A stretch of DNA of 64,000 bases, taken from NCBI GenBank assembly GCA_038065315.1, contig JBBTRF010000001.1, positions 97,642 to 161,641 on the forward strand, read 5' to 3'. Below, piece by piece: positions 26,493-35,871 of the stretch. Below the pieces are notes generated by a model. The model was not told the DNA's origin, ran no database searches, and worked only from the letters and a program-made list of their open reading frames with translations. Each line of letters opens with the position of its first letter. The first letter of the stretch is position 1. The stretch comes from Patescibacteria group bacterium (GTDB taxonomy: Bacteria; Patescibacteriota; Minisyncoccia; Phycocordibacterales; JBBTRF01). Both the position numbers and the translations under genes were made by a program.

Positions 26493-27629
26493 ATGTCGCA
26501 GACCACCATCTCACTCCTTGTCGCCATCGGGGCACTCCTTCTTGCGGGAAACGGTTTTTTGATCTGGAAATTGTTGAAAGGGAAGTCTGAAGCGGAGGAA
26601 CCAAAAGAAGACACGGGCCTGAAACTCATTCTCCAGCAGATGAACGAGCTCTCGCGAGTGGTGGACAACAAGCTCGGCGACAATGTCCGCCAAATGGGCG
26701 AATTTTCGAAAGTGGTGGATTCGAAGATGAACGAAAGCGCGCGGCATATGAACGACACCATTCGCGGTCAATTTGATGTGTCGCAAAAACTACTCAAAGA
26801 AGTGACCGAAGGACTTACCAAAATGGAAGAGGGAAATCGCCAAGTGGTGTCTTTTGCTGACCAGCTTCAGGGCTTGCAGGATATTTTGAAAAATCCGAAG
26901 CAGCGCGGCATCCTCGGTGAATATTATTTGGAGACGTTACTCAAAAATGTGTTGCCGCCCGGCCAGTACCAGATGCAATATGCTTTTGCGAATGGTGAGA
27001 TAGTAGACGCGGCCGTGTTTGTGAAAGACAAAGTGATCCCGATTGACTCCAAGTTTTCCCTTGAAAATTACAACCGTATGGTGGAGAGCCGCGACGCTGC
27101 CGAGAAGGATCGTTTGAAGAAGCTATTTGAGAACGATCTGAAATTGCGTATTCAGGAAACCTCAAAATACATTCGGCCAAACGAGGGTACGATGGATTTT
27201 GCTTTCATGTTCATCCCGCATGAGGCTATCTACTATGACCTGCTGGTGAATACGATTGGTGGTGGTGCCGGCGGTGCCGATGGCGACGAAAATCTCATCC
27301 AGCGGGCGGCAGGGAAGTACAAGGTGATTATTGTCTCGCCGACGTCTTTCCTGGCGTACTTGCAGACCGTCCTACAGGGCCTCAAGGCGATGCAGATCGA
27401 GGAGCAGGCCAAAGACATCGTGAAGCGTGTCTCGGAGCTCGGCAAGCATTTGAAGACGTATGAGGAGTATCACGGCAAGCTTGGTAATTCTCTCACTACC
27501 GTAGTGAACCATTTCAACAATGCCGGCAAGGAATTTAAGAAAATCGACAAAGATGTGATGCGCATCACAGGCGCGTCTGTGGGTATCGAGGCGTTGGTGC
27601 TCGACAAGCCGGACTCGGATGAGGTATAG
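26493..27629 (+). CDS. rmuC: DNA recombination protein RmuC
   Basis: N-terminal TM and coiled coil; C-terminal RmuC nuclease-like domain (FAFMFIPHEAIYYDLL, KVIIVSPTSFLAYL). Confidence 0.85.
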   Translation: MSQTTISLLVAIGALLLAGNGFLIWKLLKGKSEAEEPKEDTGLKLILQQMNELSRVVDNKLGDNVRQMGEFSKVVDSKMNESARHMNDTIRGQFDVSQKLLKEVTEGLTKMEEGNRQVVSFADQLQGLQDILKNPKQRGILGEYYLETLLKNVLPPGQYQMQYAFANGEIVDAAVFVKDKVIPIDSKFSLENYNRMVESRDAAEKDRLKKLFENDLKLRIQETSKYIRPNEGTMDFAFMFIPHEAIYYDLLVNTIGGGAGGADGDENLIQRAAGKYKVIIVSPTSFLAYLQTVLQGLKAMQIEEQAKDIVKRVSELGKHLKTYEEYHGKLGNSLTTVVNHFNNAGKEFKKIDKDVMRITGASVGIEALVLDKPDSDEV

Positions 27630-27868
27630 TGGTGTTCGAGCTGATTCTTCGGTTGTCAGTAGGATTCCAAAAGGATCGGCAGGGAGGTGCTTTTTGAACA
27701 GAGGCTCCGTTTCCACATGCCTCAGAGGCTTCAAAAAAACCGATCTGGGCCGCTACAGACATTGCGGTCTGGAACCATAGAAATGTAGGAATCCGCAACA
27801 AGCCTCGCACGCACTCTGTAACCCACCGAGTTGCGCGCGAGGTCTTTTTACTGGCCGTCTTGCAGGAC

Positions 27869-27896
27869 TTGCCTTTATTTCGCTTTTATGTAGAAT
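27869..27896 (+). promoter_or_regulatory. candidate promoter for rplU (-35 TTGCCT, 16-nt spacer, -10 TAGAAT); near-leaderless transcript predicted
   Basis: ttgcct 27869-27874, tagaat 27891-27896; the ATG at 27906 is only ~3 nt after the predicted +1. Confidence 0.3.
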
Positions 27897-27905
27897 AGTG
27901 GGACT

Positions 27906-28223
27906 ATGAACGAATTTGCAGTAATCCAGACGGGCGGCAAGCAGTACAAGGTCTCTGTCGGAGACGTTGTTTCTATTGAGAAGCTCGACGCCGTAAAGGT
28001 GGGCGACAAGGTCACTTTCGACAAGGTGTTGCTTACCGACAACGGCAAGGAGACCATCGTGGGTGCCCCTTTTATCGCTGGCGCCAAGGTCACCGGCACT
28101 CTCGCCTCAGAAGGCCGAGCAAAGAAGATCGACGTCATCCACTACAAGCAGAAGAGCCGATATTTCAAGAAGAATGGTCACCGACAGCCGTTTGTGACCG
28201 TGAAGATTGAGGCGGTGAAGTAA
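27906..28223 (+). CDS. rplU: 50S ribosomal protein L21
   Basis: MNEFAVIQTGGKQYKVSVGDVVSIEKLD bL21 N-terminus; 105 aa. Confidence 0.92.
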   Translation: MNEFAVIQTGGKQYKVSVGDVVSIEKLDAVKVGDKVTFDKVLLTDNGKETIVGAPFIAGAKVTGTLASEGRAKKIDVIHYKQKSRYFKKNGHRQPFVTVKIEAVK

Positions 28224-28253
28224 AGAAGCGCGCGGAATGCGCGAAAAGAAAAC

Positions 28254-28280
28254 AAAAAACGCCGCAAGGCGTTTTTTGTT
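28254..28280. terminator. rho-independent terminator after rplU (A-run, GC hairpin, T-run; bidirectional)
   Basis: aaaaacgcc-gcaa-ggcgtttttt; three further hairpins follow at 28300-28420. Confidence 0.6.
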
Positions 28281-28434
28281 TGTGGAGAATAATGTCAAAA
28301 AGAAAACCCGTCCGCATGGCTGCGCGACGGGTTCGAATTTGCCACCCCTGTGAGGCTAGTCCTCACAGGGGTTTTCTTTGCAAAAAAGAAAGCCGCAGGA
28401 CGTATCCTGCGGCTTGGTGAAGTGTTGAATGGTC

Positions 28435-29109
28435 TCAGGCCCAAATCCTGGCCGAGTATCCTGCGGGAACCTCGAGCGAAGTAGGATTGACCCCATCCCA
28501 CTTGATTAGTCCGTTTGCCACCAAGCTGGTGATGCGCGGTTGATGGAGATGCTCTTGCTGATTGACCCGCGTAGCGAGGGTGTCAGGGGTATCGTCTTCA
28601 TTGATCTTCACAAGGCCCCGAAAGAAGACCGGGCCGCGGTCGTATTCTTTCGTGACGAAATGCATGGAGACCGCAGAGTGCGTGACGCTGCGTTGCCTGA
28701 AGGCAGCGATCACCGCTTCGTGCACGTGATGTCCGTAAAGACCAGGCCCGCCAAATGCAGGAAGTGGCCCCGGATGGATATTGATGACTGTCCGCGGATT
28801 AAAGCGGGTCTTCAGATCAAGACCGGTGACGAGCTTGAGCCAGCCGGAGAGTGCAAAAAGATCAGCACCCGATTGGTCGGCTATCCGCTGGTATGCCTCG
28901 GCATTCCAGGGCTTTGGAAAGTGGATGAACGGGACACCTAGCTTGTCGGCCCGCATCCGCACTCCGCCGCCCGGGTGATTCGAGACCACTGCTTGGATGT
29001 TCGCATCAAGGACTCCTACTCGAGAGGCGAGGACGAGCTTTTCGAAGCCCGACCCACCGCCATTTTCTGGGTTGCCTGTTGCAAAGACGAGGATGTTCGG
29101 TTTGTTCAT
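28435..29109 (-). CDS. formyltransferase-family protein, PurN-like (phosphoribosylglycinamide formyltransferase-like)
   Basis: NIHPGPLPAFGG and HFVTKEYDRGPV match the PurN active-site motifs (N-x-H ... HFVT.E.D.GP). The start was moved to the ATG at 29109; the listed ORF start is TTG. Confidence 0.65.
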   Translation of the reverse strand: MNKPNILVFATGNPENGGGSGFEKLVLASRVGVLDANIQAVVSNHPGGGVRMRADKLGVPFIHFPKPWNAEAYQRIADQSGADLFALSGWLKLVTGLDLKTRFNPRTVINIHPGPLPAFGGPGLYGHHVHEAVIAAFRQRSVTHSAVSMHFVTKEYDRGPVFFRGLVKINEDDTPDTLATRVNQQEHLHQPRITSLVANGLIKWDGVNPTSLEVPAGYSARIWA

Positions 29110-29311
29110 TTGGTATTCCTTCCACTGAGTTTTCAATCACTACCAGAGAAATCTTTGTCTAGACCAAGCTTACATTACTGAGTATAAAATTAATTGTCAA
29201 CATTTTGACTTCGCTCTCCGAAACAACTTCAGGGTGGAGATAAAATTTCCTTTATTCTTTCTTTATCTTTTTCGCATTGCAACGGATTTTGCGGGTCGGT
29301 AGAATTAAGGG

Positions 29312-29845
29312 GTGGAAAAAGATGAAATCCAAAACGTGGTAGAGCACAAAATCTATATTATCCGTGGCCAGCGAGTGATGGTGGATTTTGATTTGGCAAA
29401 ATTGTACAGTGTGGAGACCCGAATTTTGGTGCAGTCGGTGAAGAGAAATCTCGTTCGTTTTCCGGAAGATTTTACCTTCCAGCTCACCCGTGAAGAATTT
29501 GCAAACTTGAGATCACAAATTGTGATCTCAAGTTTGGGCCATGGCGGAAGCCGTTATTTGCCATACGTCTTCACCGAACACGGTGTTGCTATGCTCGCTT
29601 CTGTACTAAGAAGCCAACGAGCAGCACAAATGAGTATCTTCATCGTCCGAGCCTTCATCAAAATGCGCGAAATGTTGGCGACGCATGCCGATCTAGCGCT
29701 GAAGATTGCCGAGATTGAGAGAAAGCAGAAAGAACACGGCGACCAGCTTTCGGCAGTATATTCGGTGGTGAAGCGGTTGATGGATCCGCCAGAGGGGCCG
29801 AAAAAGAAAATTGGATTTGCACCTGAGGATGGCCACAAAACTTGA
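29312..29845 (+). CDS. ORF6N-domain (KilA-N-related) protein
   Basis: IRGQRVMVDFDLAKLYSVETRILVQSVKRNLVRFPEDFTFQLTREEFANLRSQIV...RYLPYVFTEHGVAMLASVLRSQRA is the canonical ORF6N signature. Confidence 0.75.
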   Translation: MEKDEIQNVVEHKIYIIRGQRVMVDFDLAKLYSVETRILVQSVKRNLVRFPEDFTFQLTREEFANLRSQIVISSLGHGGSRYLPYVFTEHGVAMLASVLRSQRAAQMSIFIVRAFIKMREMLATHADLALKIAEIERKQKEHGDQLSAVYSVVKRLMDPPEGPKKKIGFAPEDGHKT

Positions 29846-29872
29846 GGTCGCAATTTGCGACTTCAAGTTGTA

Positions 29873-30556
29873 CTACTCGCTCCTCTGCCTCCCGCGAAGG
29901 GCATTTTTCACGGTTTCGCTGTCGGAATATTCGAGTTCGAGGCCGGTGGAGAGGCCGCGGCCAAGGGTGCTCACGGTGAGGCCATATTTGGCCACCAAAG
30001 GCCCCAAAATGCCCTGTATATAGTGCTGGGTGTGTTCGCCCTCAGGTGTGAGGTTGAAGGCCAAAATCACCTCCTTGAGGCTTTTTGAGGCTTCGGGCAT
30101 GGTGGACGAATTGTCGGGGTCGAGCGGGTCGTATTTCGGCTTGTTGGCCATCTTTTCGACGAGGCTGGCGAGCTCACGAGAGCGCACGCGTTGTTCAGGA
30201 TTTTTCTCCAAAATCGGAACCGAACCGCCGAGAATGAAGTATTTGCCGTCGTACGTGTGGCTCTTTTCGATGTTTTCAAAATCCACGTCGCGGCAGACCA
30301 CGAGCAAGGTTTCTTCGGAGCGACGCGGGTCGGCACAGATCACGCAGAGGTCGGAGGTTTTGGCGCTGAGAGGGAAGAAGCGTTGGCAGGATGAACAGAC
30401 GCGGATTTGTTTTTTGAGTTCAAGTACGAGCGCGGCGAGCTGCGAGCGATATGCTTCGCTCTGGCCCAGCAGAAAATACACAAAACGCTTCGCTTGGCGC
30501 GGGCCGATGCCGGGAAACTGTCGGAACTGCTCGATGAGTTTGCTGATGGTGTCCAT
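29873..30556 (-). CDS. recR: recombination protein RecR
   Basis: N-terminal HhH (LIEQFRQFPGIGPRQAKRFVYFLL), C4 zinc finger (CSSCQRF...CVICAD), Toprim domain (LLVVCRDVDFENIEKSHTYDGKYFILGG). Confidence 0.85.
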   Translation of the reverse strand: MDTISKLIEQFRQFPGIGPRQAKRFVYFLLGQSEAYRSQLAALVLELKKQIRVCSSCQRFFPLSAKTSDLCVICADPRRSEETLLVVCRDVDFENIEKSHTYDGKYFILGGSVPILEKNPEQRVRSRELASLVEKMANKPKYDPLDPDNSSTMPEASKSLKEVILAFNLTPEGEHTQHYIQGILGPLVAKYGLTVSTLGRGLSTGLELEYSDSETVKNALRGRQRSE

Positions 30557-30616
30557 TTGAAATCGTCCGCGGCGCTCAGGCGACTCCCGCCGCGCCGCTT
30601 ATCGCTCGATTATACC

Positions 30617-33316
30617 CTAAAACTCTCCGCCACCGATGGCGCCGCCAAAGTCTCCGAAGTCGGACTTCTCGATGCTTTGGAAGGTGGTCTTCTTTTCGTC
30701 AAAATACAGCTCCACCACACCGGTCGGACCGTTGCGGTGCTTCTCGATCATGATCTTCGCGATGTTTGGGCGGCCAGACTCCTTGTTGTATTTGTCCTCA
30801 CGGTGGATGAAGAGCACGATGTCCGCATCCTGCTCGATACTGTTGTGCACGATCATGTCATTGGCGATGAAATTGTGCGTGCCGGGTACGGTGGCGTCGA
30901 AGACTTCTTCTTCGCCGAGCGGGGTCACGGAGACCACTTCGTCCCAGAAGATGTCCGACTGGGCGAGCGAGGCGAGAGATTGGCTGGTGAGAATGTCGGC
31001 GATCTTCATCAGACGTGCGCGAGAAAGGCCGGCCTTGAAGAGGGCGGTGCCATTGTACGAGACCTCCATTTTTTCCGACACGCCACGCCAGCTGATGTCG
31101 GCTTCGAGCTTGGCCTGCTTAATGTATGAATGCCAGATATCCTTCGGGATGATATCCACGTTCGGATTCGCTTCGATCTGTCGCAAGGCTACCAGCATCT
31201 CCGAAATAATCTCGCCGCGCTTGCCGTAGCAACCAACGATCTCGAGGAAGTGGATCTGCATAATGCTGCCCTGGATGGAGACGTGATAATTCGGTCGATA
31301 GGTTTTGCCGGCCTTGTGCTGGGCGACCTCGCGGAGCGTGCTCAAAATGCCGAGGCGAAGCAAAAGGTGCTGCACCTGTTCGGCGAGGGTCTTGCTGGTG
31401 GAGGCGTAGTAGATGGCACCGGCTGTTTTTCGGCCGGAGAACGGCGCGGCGTGCGAAGGGTGAATGAACGAAATATTGCCATCGGTCGCCCAGAGGTGCT
31501 TCAAAAAGAAGGCGATGTCGATCTGCGAGGATTGGAAGAGTGCATTCGGAATGACTTTCTTGTACGAACGCTCCGATGCGATACCGAGCTTTTGATACCA
31601 GAGAGTGATCGGATGCTTTTTGTGATGACCAAGATGATATGGGGATGGCAAGTACAGGTGCCACCAATTTTCCTGTGCCACTTGCCGCGGGGTGATGCCA
31701 AACAGGGCTTTTGCAGCTTCAGCTACGACCGCGAGGTTCGCCGGGTCGGCGCTAGTGTAATGGATGGGCTGGCGAGGCAATACGCAGCCGTCGCCAAGCA
31801 GGTGGGCGAGGAGAATAAGCTCGTGCTGGCTCAAAATGAGGCCGTGGACAGGCGCCATGCCGGTGACGGTGTCGAGCTGCCTCGGAGTGGCGATGTGGGT
31901 GTGGAGGCCAAGTTCGTCGAGGCGGTGCCAGCCAGCCACGGTCATGAATGGATGGTTGCCGGAGGCTTTGATCGTGCGGCCAGAGCGCGTCTTCAGTTCA
32001 AACAGCTTTTTCACGCCGCTCGAGAATACCTTGGTGGCGTGTTTGATCTGTACTTTGTTTTCCTTGTTCAATGAAAAGACGGGAATGTTTGTCTGGCCGA
32101 CCAATGACTTTATGGTCACGCGTTCGCCAGTGTCGGCGCGGGTGATGAGGGTGTCGCCAGCTAGGCAACCAGAATCTCGCAGGTCGGAGAGGCGAGGCTC
32201 CCCACCGCGCTGCTCCACGGCTCGGGAGAGTTGGGAGAGGGCGATCACGGGCACCTTGAGCTCCTTGGCGAGCTGCTTGAGAGAACGTGAAATTTCGGTG
32301 GTCTGTTGTACGAGGTTGTCGCTGCCCTTGGTCTGGGTGGGGGTCATGAGCTGGAGGTAGTCGACGATGATGAGACCGAGTCCCTTGTCTTTTTTGAGTC
32401 GGCGGGCGACAGAGCGCATCTTGAGGATGTTGTTGCCGGCTTGGTCGTCGATAAAGATTGGCGCGCGTGAGAGGCGGTCCATGGCGCCGCGGAGCTTCAC
32501 GAAATCTTCCTCCGCGGCGACCTTGCCGTTGCGCAAACTCCAAGAGTCGATCTGGGATTCAGCAGAAAGCATGCGGTCCACCAGTGACTGTGCTGACATT
32601 TCCAAAGAGAAGATGGCGACGGGTGTGTTGTGATTGATCGCGGTTTTGCGAGCAAAGTCGAGCGCGAGCGATGTCTTACCCATCGAAGGTCGTGCCGCGA
32701 GGATGATGAGGTCGGATTCCTGAAAGCCGGAGAGCTTGTTGTCGAGCTCTCGAAAGCCGGTCGGTACACCGCGGAGTTCGCCTTTGTTTTGCGAGAGTTT
32801 GTCGAAACGCTCCCAGGCTTCGTTGAGCGTGTCTTTGATTTCCACCACCTTGTGGCCATTGTCGAAGCTGGTCACCTCGAAGACGCGCTTCTCGGCTTTG
32901 TCGAGGAGTTCATTTATTTCTGCCGATTCGTCGTATCCGAGGCCGGAGATGAATTCCGACGCGTCGATGAGTTGGCGCATCATGAATTTGTTCTTCACCG
33001 TCGTGCCATAGTGGACGATGTTAGCCGAAGAGGGGACGGCGTTCGCAAGCTCGGCGATGTAGCTGGCGCCGCCGATCTGGTCGAGCTGGTTGTTCTCGCG
33101 GAGGCGGGTGGTGAGGGTGAGCATGTCGATCGGCGTACTCTTGGTGAAGAGCTCCATCATCGAGCGGAAGATGATGCGATGCTTTTCGGAATAGAAAACT
33201 CGGTCGTTGATCGAGTCGTTGATCTCGTTGATCGCGTCCGAGCGCAGCATGATCGAACCGAGCAACGCTTTTTCAGCGTCGAGGTTTTGGGGTGGAATTC
33301 GCAGATTGGTGGCCAT
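30617..33316 (-). CDS. dnaB: replicative DNA helicase DnaB containing a 442-aa intein
   Basis: N-terminal DnaB domain; Walker A PSMGKTSLALD; RecA-like core up to ...LSDLRDSG|C; the extein resumes |SIEQDADIVLFIHRED... after the intein. Confidence 0.9.
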   Translation of the reverse strand: MATNLRIPPQNLDAEKALLGSIMLRSDAINEINDSINDRVFYSEKHRIIFRSMMELFTKSTPIDMLTLTTRLRENNQLDQIGGASYIAELANAVPSSANIVHYGTTVKNKFMMRQLIDASEFISGLGYDESAEINELLDKAEKRVFEVTSFDNGHKVVEIKDTLNEAWERFDKLSQNKGELRGVPTGFRELDNKLSGFQESDLIILAARPSMGKTSLALDFARKTAINHNTPVAIFSLEMSAQSLVDRMLSAESQIDSWSLRNGKVAAEEDFVKLRGAMDRLSRAPIFIDDQAGNNILKMRSVARRLKKDKGLGLIIVDYLQLMTPTQTKGSDNLVQQTTEISRSLKQLAKELKVPVIALSQLSRAVEQRGGEPRLSDLRDSGCLAGDTLITRADTGERVTIKSLVGQTNIPVFSLNKENKVQIKHATKVFSSGVKKLFELKTRSGRTIKASGNHPFMTVAGWHRLDELGLHTHIATPRQLDTVTGMAPVHGLILSQHELILLAHLLGDGCVLPRQPIHYTSADPANLAVVAEAAKALFGITPRQVAQENWWHLYLPSPYHLGHHKKHPITLWYQKLGIASERSYKKVIPNALFQSSQIDIAFFLKHLWATDGNISFIHPSHAAPFSGRKTAGAIYYASTSKTLAEQVQHLLLRLGILSTLREVAQHKAGKTYRPNYHVSIQGSIMQIHFLEIVGCYGKRGEIISEMLVALRQIEANPNVDIIPKDIWHSYIKQAKLEADISWRGVSEKMEVSYNGTALFKAGLSRARLMKIADILTSQSLASLAQSDIFWDEVVSVTPLGEEEVFDATVPGTHNFIANDMIVHNSIEQDADIVLFIHREDKYNKESGRPNIAKIMIEKHRNGPTGVVELYFDEKKTTFQSIEKSDFGDFGGAIGGGEF
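30842..32167 (-). mobile_element. DnaB intein with LAGLIDADG-type homing endonuclease domain
   Basis: Begins CLAGDTLI (block A) and ends ...NDMIVHN followed by Ser (block G, HN|S). Two LAGLIDADG-like motifs (LAHLLGDGCV and FLKHLWATDGN). Inserted at the conserved DnaB P-loop-domain site. Confidence 0.8.
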
Positions 33317-33461
33317 TCGGCTATTCTACCTTTTGCGCCTGCCCGCGGGCAATGCCTTCGCGCGGGCGAAAAGGGAATAAGGTGTGGAGAGGGTGGGGAT
33401 AGGGTCTCGTCCGTCACTTTTTTGCTAGTGCCACCCACGATTATGGTAAAATTGTCATATC

Positions 33462-34220
33462 GTGTTTATTCCAAAAACCAAGAGAATAGCCGAGCTTGCG
33501 AGGCTATTTCCAGATGTCGTGAGGGAACTGGAGGTCATTTTTGCCGATAGTGCCAACGTCTATATTGATTGGGCGAACGTGATCCATTGGCAAGAAAGGT
33601 TAGGATTTCATATTCACCTCGGTAGGCTGAAACAGCTACTCGATTCATTTTCCCATGTGAAAATCATCCGTTTTTATACAGGTACGCTTCTAGGTAACGA
33701 AAAGTCGGAACAGGCGATTGTGGATGCAGAGAACCTCGGATACCAAGTAAAGACAAAACCGGTGAAGGTGATGAAAATGTCCATTAATACTTCCAGTATC
33801 GCCCCAAATTCGCCGGCTTTGCTAGAGAATTTTATTAAAAAATGTCTGTTGTCCAAGCTGAGTCTGGAAACGATTGAATTACTCAATGAGAAGCTGGCTG
33901 AATTTAATAAGCAGGGAGTTACGTTCATCGAGGATATGAAATGTAATTTTGATGTAGAGATTGGCAGAGACATGCTCCAAGACTTTGACGGGGCTGATCT
34001 GAGCACATTCATTTTGTGGAGCGGCGATGGCGATTTTGTCGATCCAATCAATCAGTTGGTGAAAGACAATAAGAAAGTGTTCCTGTTCGCTACGTCGAGA
34101 GCCGTTTCTTATGAGCTGAATGAGATAAGGGTCCCTATTTTTGATATCAAAAAAATTAAAGAATTCATTTGTTGGCCAAAGGAAATACCGCACAGTATCA
34201 AGGATAAAATCGATCGATAG
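33462..34220 (+). CDS. NYN-domain (LabA-like) predicted RNase, AT-rich gene
   Basis: VYIDWANVIHW ... FILWSGDGDFVDPI (NYN Asp motifs). Its composition is clearly AT-richer than the flanking dnaB and cysS. Confidence 0.65.
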   Translation: MFIPKTKRIAELARLFPDVVRELEVIFADSANVYIDWANVIHWQERLGFHIHLGRLKQLLDSFSHVKIIRFYTGTLLGNEKSEQAIVDAENLGYQVKTKPVKVMKMSINTSSIAPNSPALLENFIKKCLLSKLSLETIELLNEKLAEFNKQGVTFIEDMKCNFDVEIGRDMLQDFDGADLSTFILWSGDGDFVDPINQLVKDNKKVFLFATSRAVSYELNEIRVPIFDIKKIKEFICWPKEIPHSIKDKIDR

Positions 34221-34399
34221 AGGTAGTAGTGTAAAAAGCCAAAGGGACTCCTTGCGGAGCCCCTAAGCGATAGATTTATTGATCTTTCGATCAAGGATAA
34301 TGTAGCAAAAAACAGACCTAAAGTCAAAGTTATCCACAGCAGTAATGAAAGGGGCTCCATAGGTAATTAGCCGTTTGGAACCCTTTTCGTCGTAATGCT

Positions 34400-35848
34400 C
34401 TATGGTAACAGACTATTTTTCACCAAAGTACTGCCTTTTGCTGTATCCACGATATCGTATCCTTTTTCTTTAATTGCTGCGCGTAGTTCGTCGGACTTTT
34501 TGAAGTCTCTATTTTGTCGAGCGAGGTCACGGGCATCTTTGAGGGCGACAATTTCTGGGGCAAAAACATACGAAAGCACGCCGACTGAAGTATTTTGTTT
34601 CAGACCGAGCACTTTGTCGAACTCCATGAGTGTACTCATTTTCTCCTCGCTACTCACTGAACCATCTTTCAGCATGTCCCAGATGGTTGCCAGGACCTTC
34701 GAAGTATTGAGGTCGTCATTAATCGCTGAGTCAAGAACTTTTCTGTATCTAGCGTGCGTTTTGTCAGAAACGGATCCTTTCGGAAGCCCGCGCACTTGCT
34801 CGAGCAGCCGCTCATACGCCGTCTGCGCACCCTTCACGGCCTCCCAGGTGAAATTCATTTGCGTGCGATAGGAGGCGGTGAGGAGCCAGTAGCGAAAGCC
34901 AAGCGGGGTCACGCCGTGGGCAGCGAGGTCTTTTAGATAGATAGTGTTGCCGAGCGACTTCGAAATTTTTTGTCCGTCAATGAGTAGATGTGCGCCGTGC
35001 AGCCAAAATCGGACAAAGGCTTTACCTGTCGAGGCTTCGGATTGCGCGATCTCATTGTTGTGATGGGTCGGGATGTGGTCGATGCCGCCGGTGTGAATGT
35101 CGATGGTCGTGCCCAGTAGCTTCATGGCCATCGCCGAACATTCGATATGCCAGCCTGGAAAACCGACGCCCCACGGCGATGGCCATTCCTGGTCGCGCTT
35201 CGTATTAGAAAACTTCCACAACGCAAAGTCGGTCGAATGTCGCTTTTCACTGTTGACGGCGATACGATGACCTTCGGAGAGGCCGGCGATGTCGATATTC
35301 CCAAGCTTGCCATACTGCGGAAACTTTGAGGTATCAAAATAGATGCCGTCGGAGATTTTGTAAGTGAAGCCTGTGCGCTCGAGCTGCTCGATGAGAGCGA
35401 TCTGTTCGGGAATATAGCTGGTGGCGCGAGGAAACTCGGTGGCCGGAGATTGTCCCGATGCAAATTCAATATTTAGCGCCGCAAGTCCGCCAAAAAATTC
35501 CTTCGTGTAGTCCTCCGAAATCTCCTTCGACGAGCGCTGCTGCTTCTGTGCTGTTACCTGCATCTTGTCTTCGCCTTCGTCGCCGTCGCCGACAAGGTGG
35601 CCGACATCGGTGATGTTGATCACTTGTTGTACGCGATACCCACCATGCTCAAGGGTACGTTTCAAAATATCGGCAAAAACGTACGCGCGGTAATTGCCGA
35701 TGTGGAGCGATTGGTACACGGTTGGCCCGCAGTTGTACATGGTGACGGTCTTGTTGGGGATGCCCAAAAAGCCGAGTACACCTTTGCGCGACGGTGTGAA
35801 GACCTCTTTCTGTTTGGTGAGTGTATTGTACAGGCGAATTTCGGACAT
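34400..35848 (-). CDS. cysS: cysteinyl-tRNA synthetase (class I)
   Basis: MSEIRLYNTLTKQKEVF..CGPTVYQSLHIGNYR (HIGH), KISKSLGN (KMSKS). Start trimmed to the ATG at 35848. Confidence 0.9.
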   Translation of the reverse strand: MSEIRLYNTLTKQKEVFTPSRKGVLGFLGIPNKTVTMYNCGPTVYQSLHIGNYRAYVFADILKRTLEHGGYRVQQVINITDVGHLVGDGDEGEDKMQVTAQKQQRSSKEISEDYTKEFFGGLAALNIEFASGQSPATEFPRATSYIPEQIALIEQLERTGFTYKISDGIYFDTSKFPQYGKLGNIDIAGLSEGHRIAVNSEKRHSTDFALWKFSNTKRDQEWPSPWGVGFPGWHIECSAMAMKLLGTTIDIHTGGIDHIPTHHNNEIAQSEASTGKAFVRFWLHGAHLLIDGQKISKSLGNTIYLKDLAAHGVTPLGFRYWLLTASYRTQMNFTWEAVKGAQTAYERLLEQVRGLPKGSVSDKTHARYRKVLDSAINDDLNTSKVLATIWDMLKDGSVSSEEKMSTLMEFDKVLGLKQNTSVGVLSYVFAPEIVALKDARDLARQNRDFKKSDELRAAIKEKGYDIVDTAKGSTLVKNSLLP

Positions 35849-35871
35849 GGTTTTGCTGGTTTGTGCAGCTC

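Noticed and set aside
30407-33550. Several 200-300-aa + strand ORFs (30407-31129, 31130-32074, 32630-33550)
   Set aside because: All are antisense to the intein-containing dnaB. Their Arg/Gly/Glu-rich, low-complexity translations are typical of GC-rich shadow frames.
34332-34340. Perfect DnaA box TTATCCACA
   Set aside because: A single 9-mer with no cluster of boxes or AT-rich unwinding element; about one such match is expected by chance in 64 kb on both strands. It is kept only as a note inside a finding.
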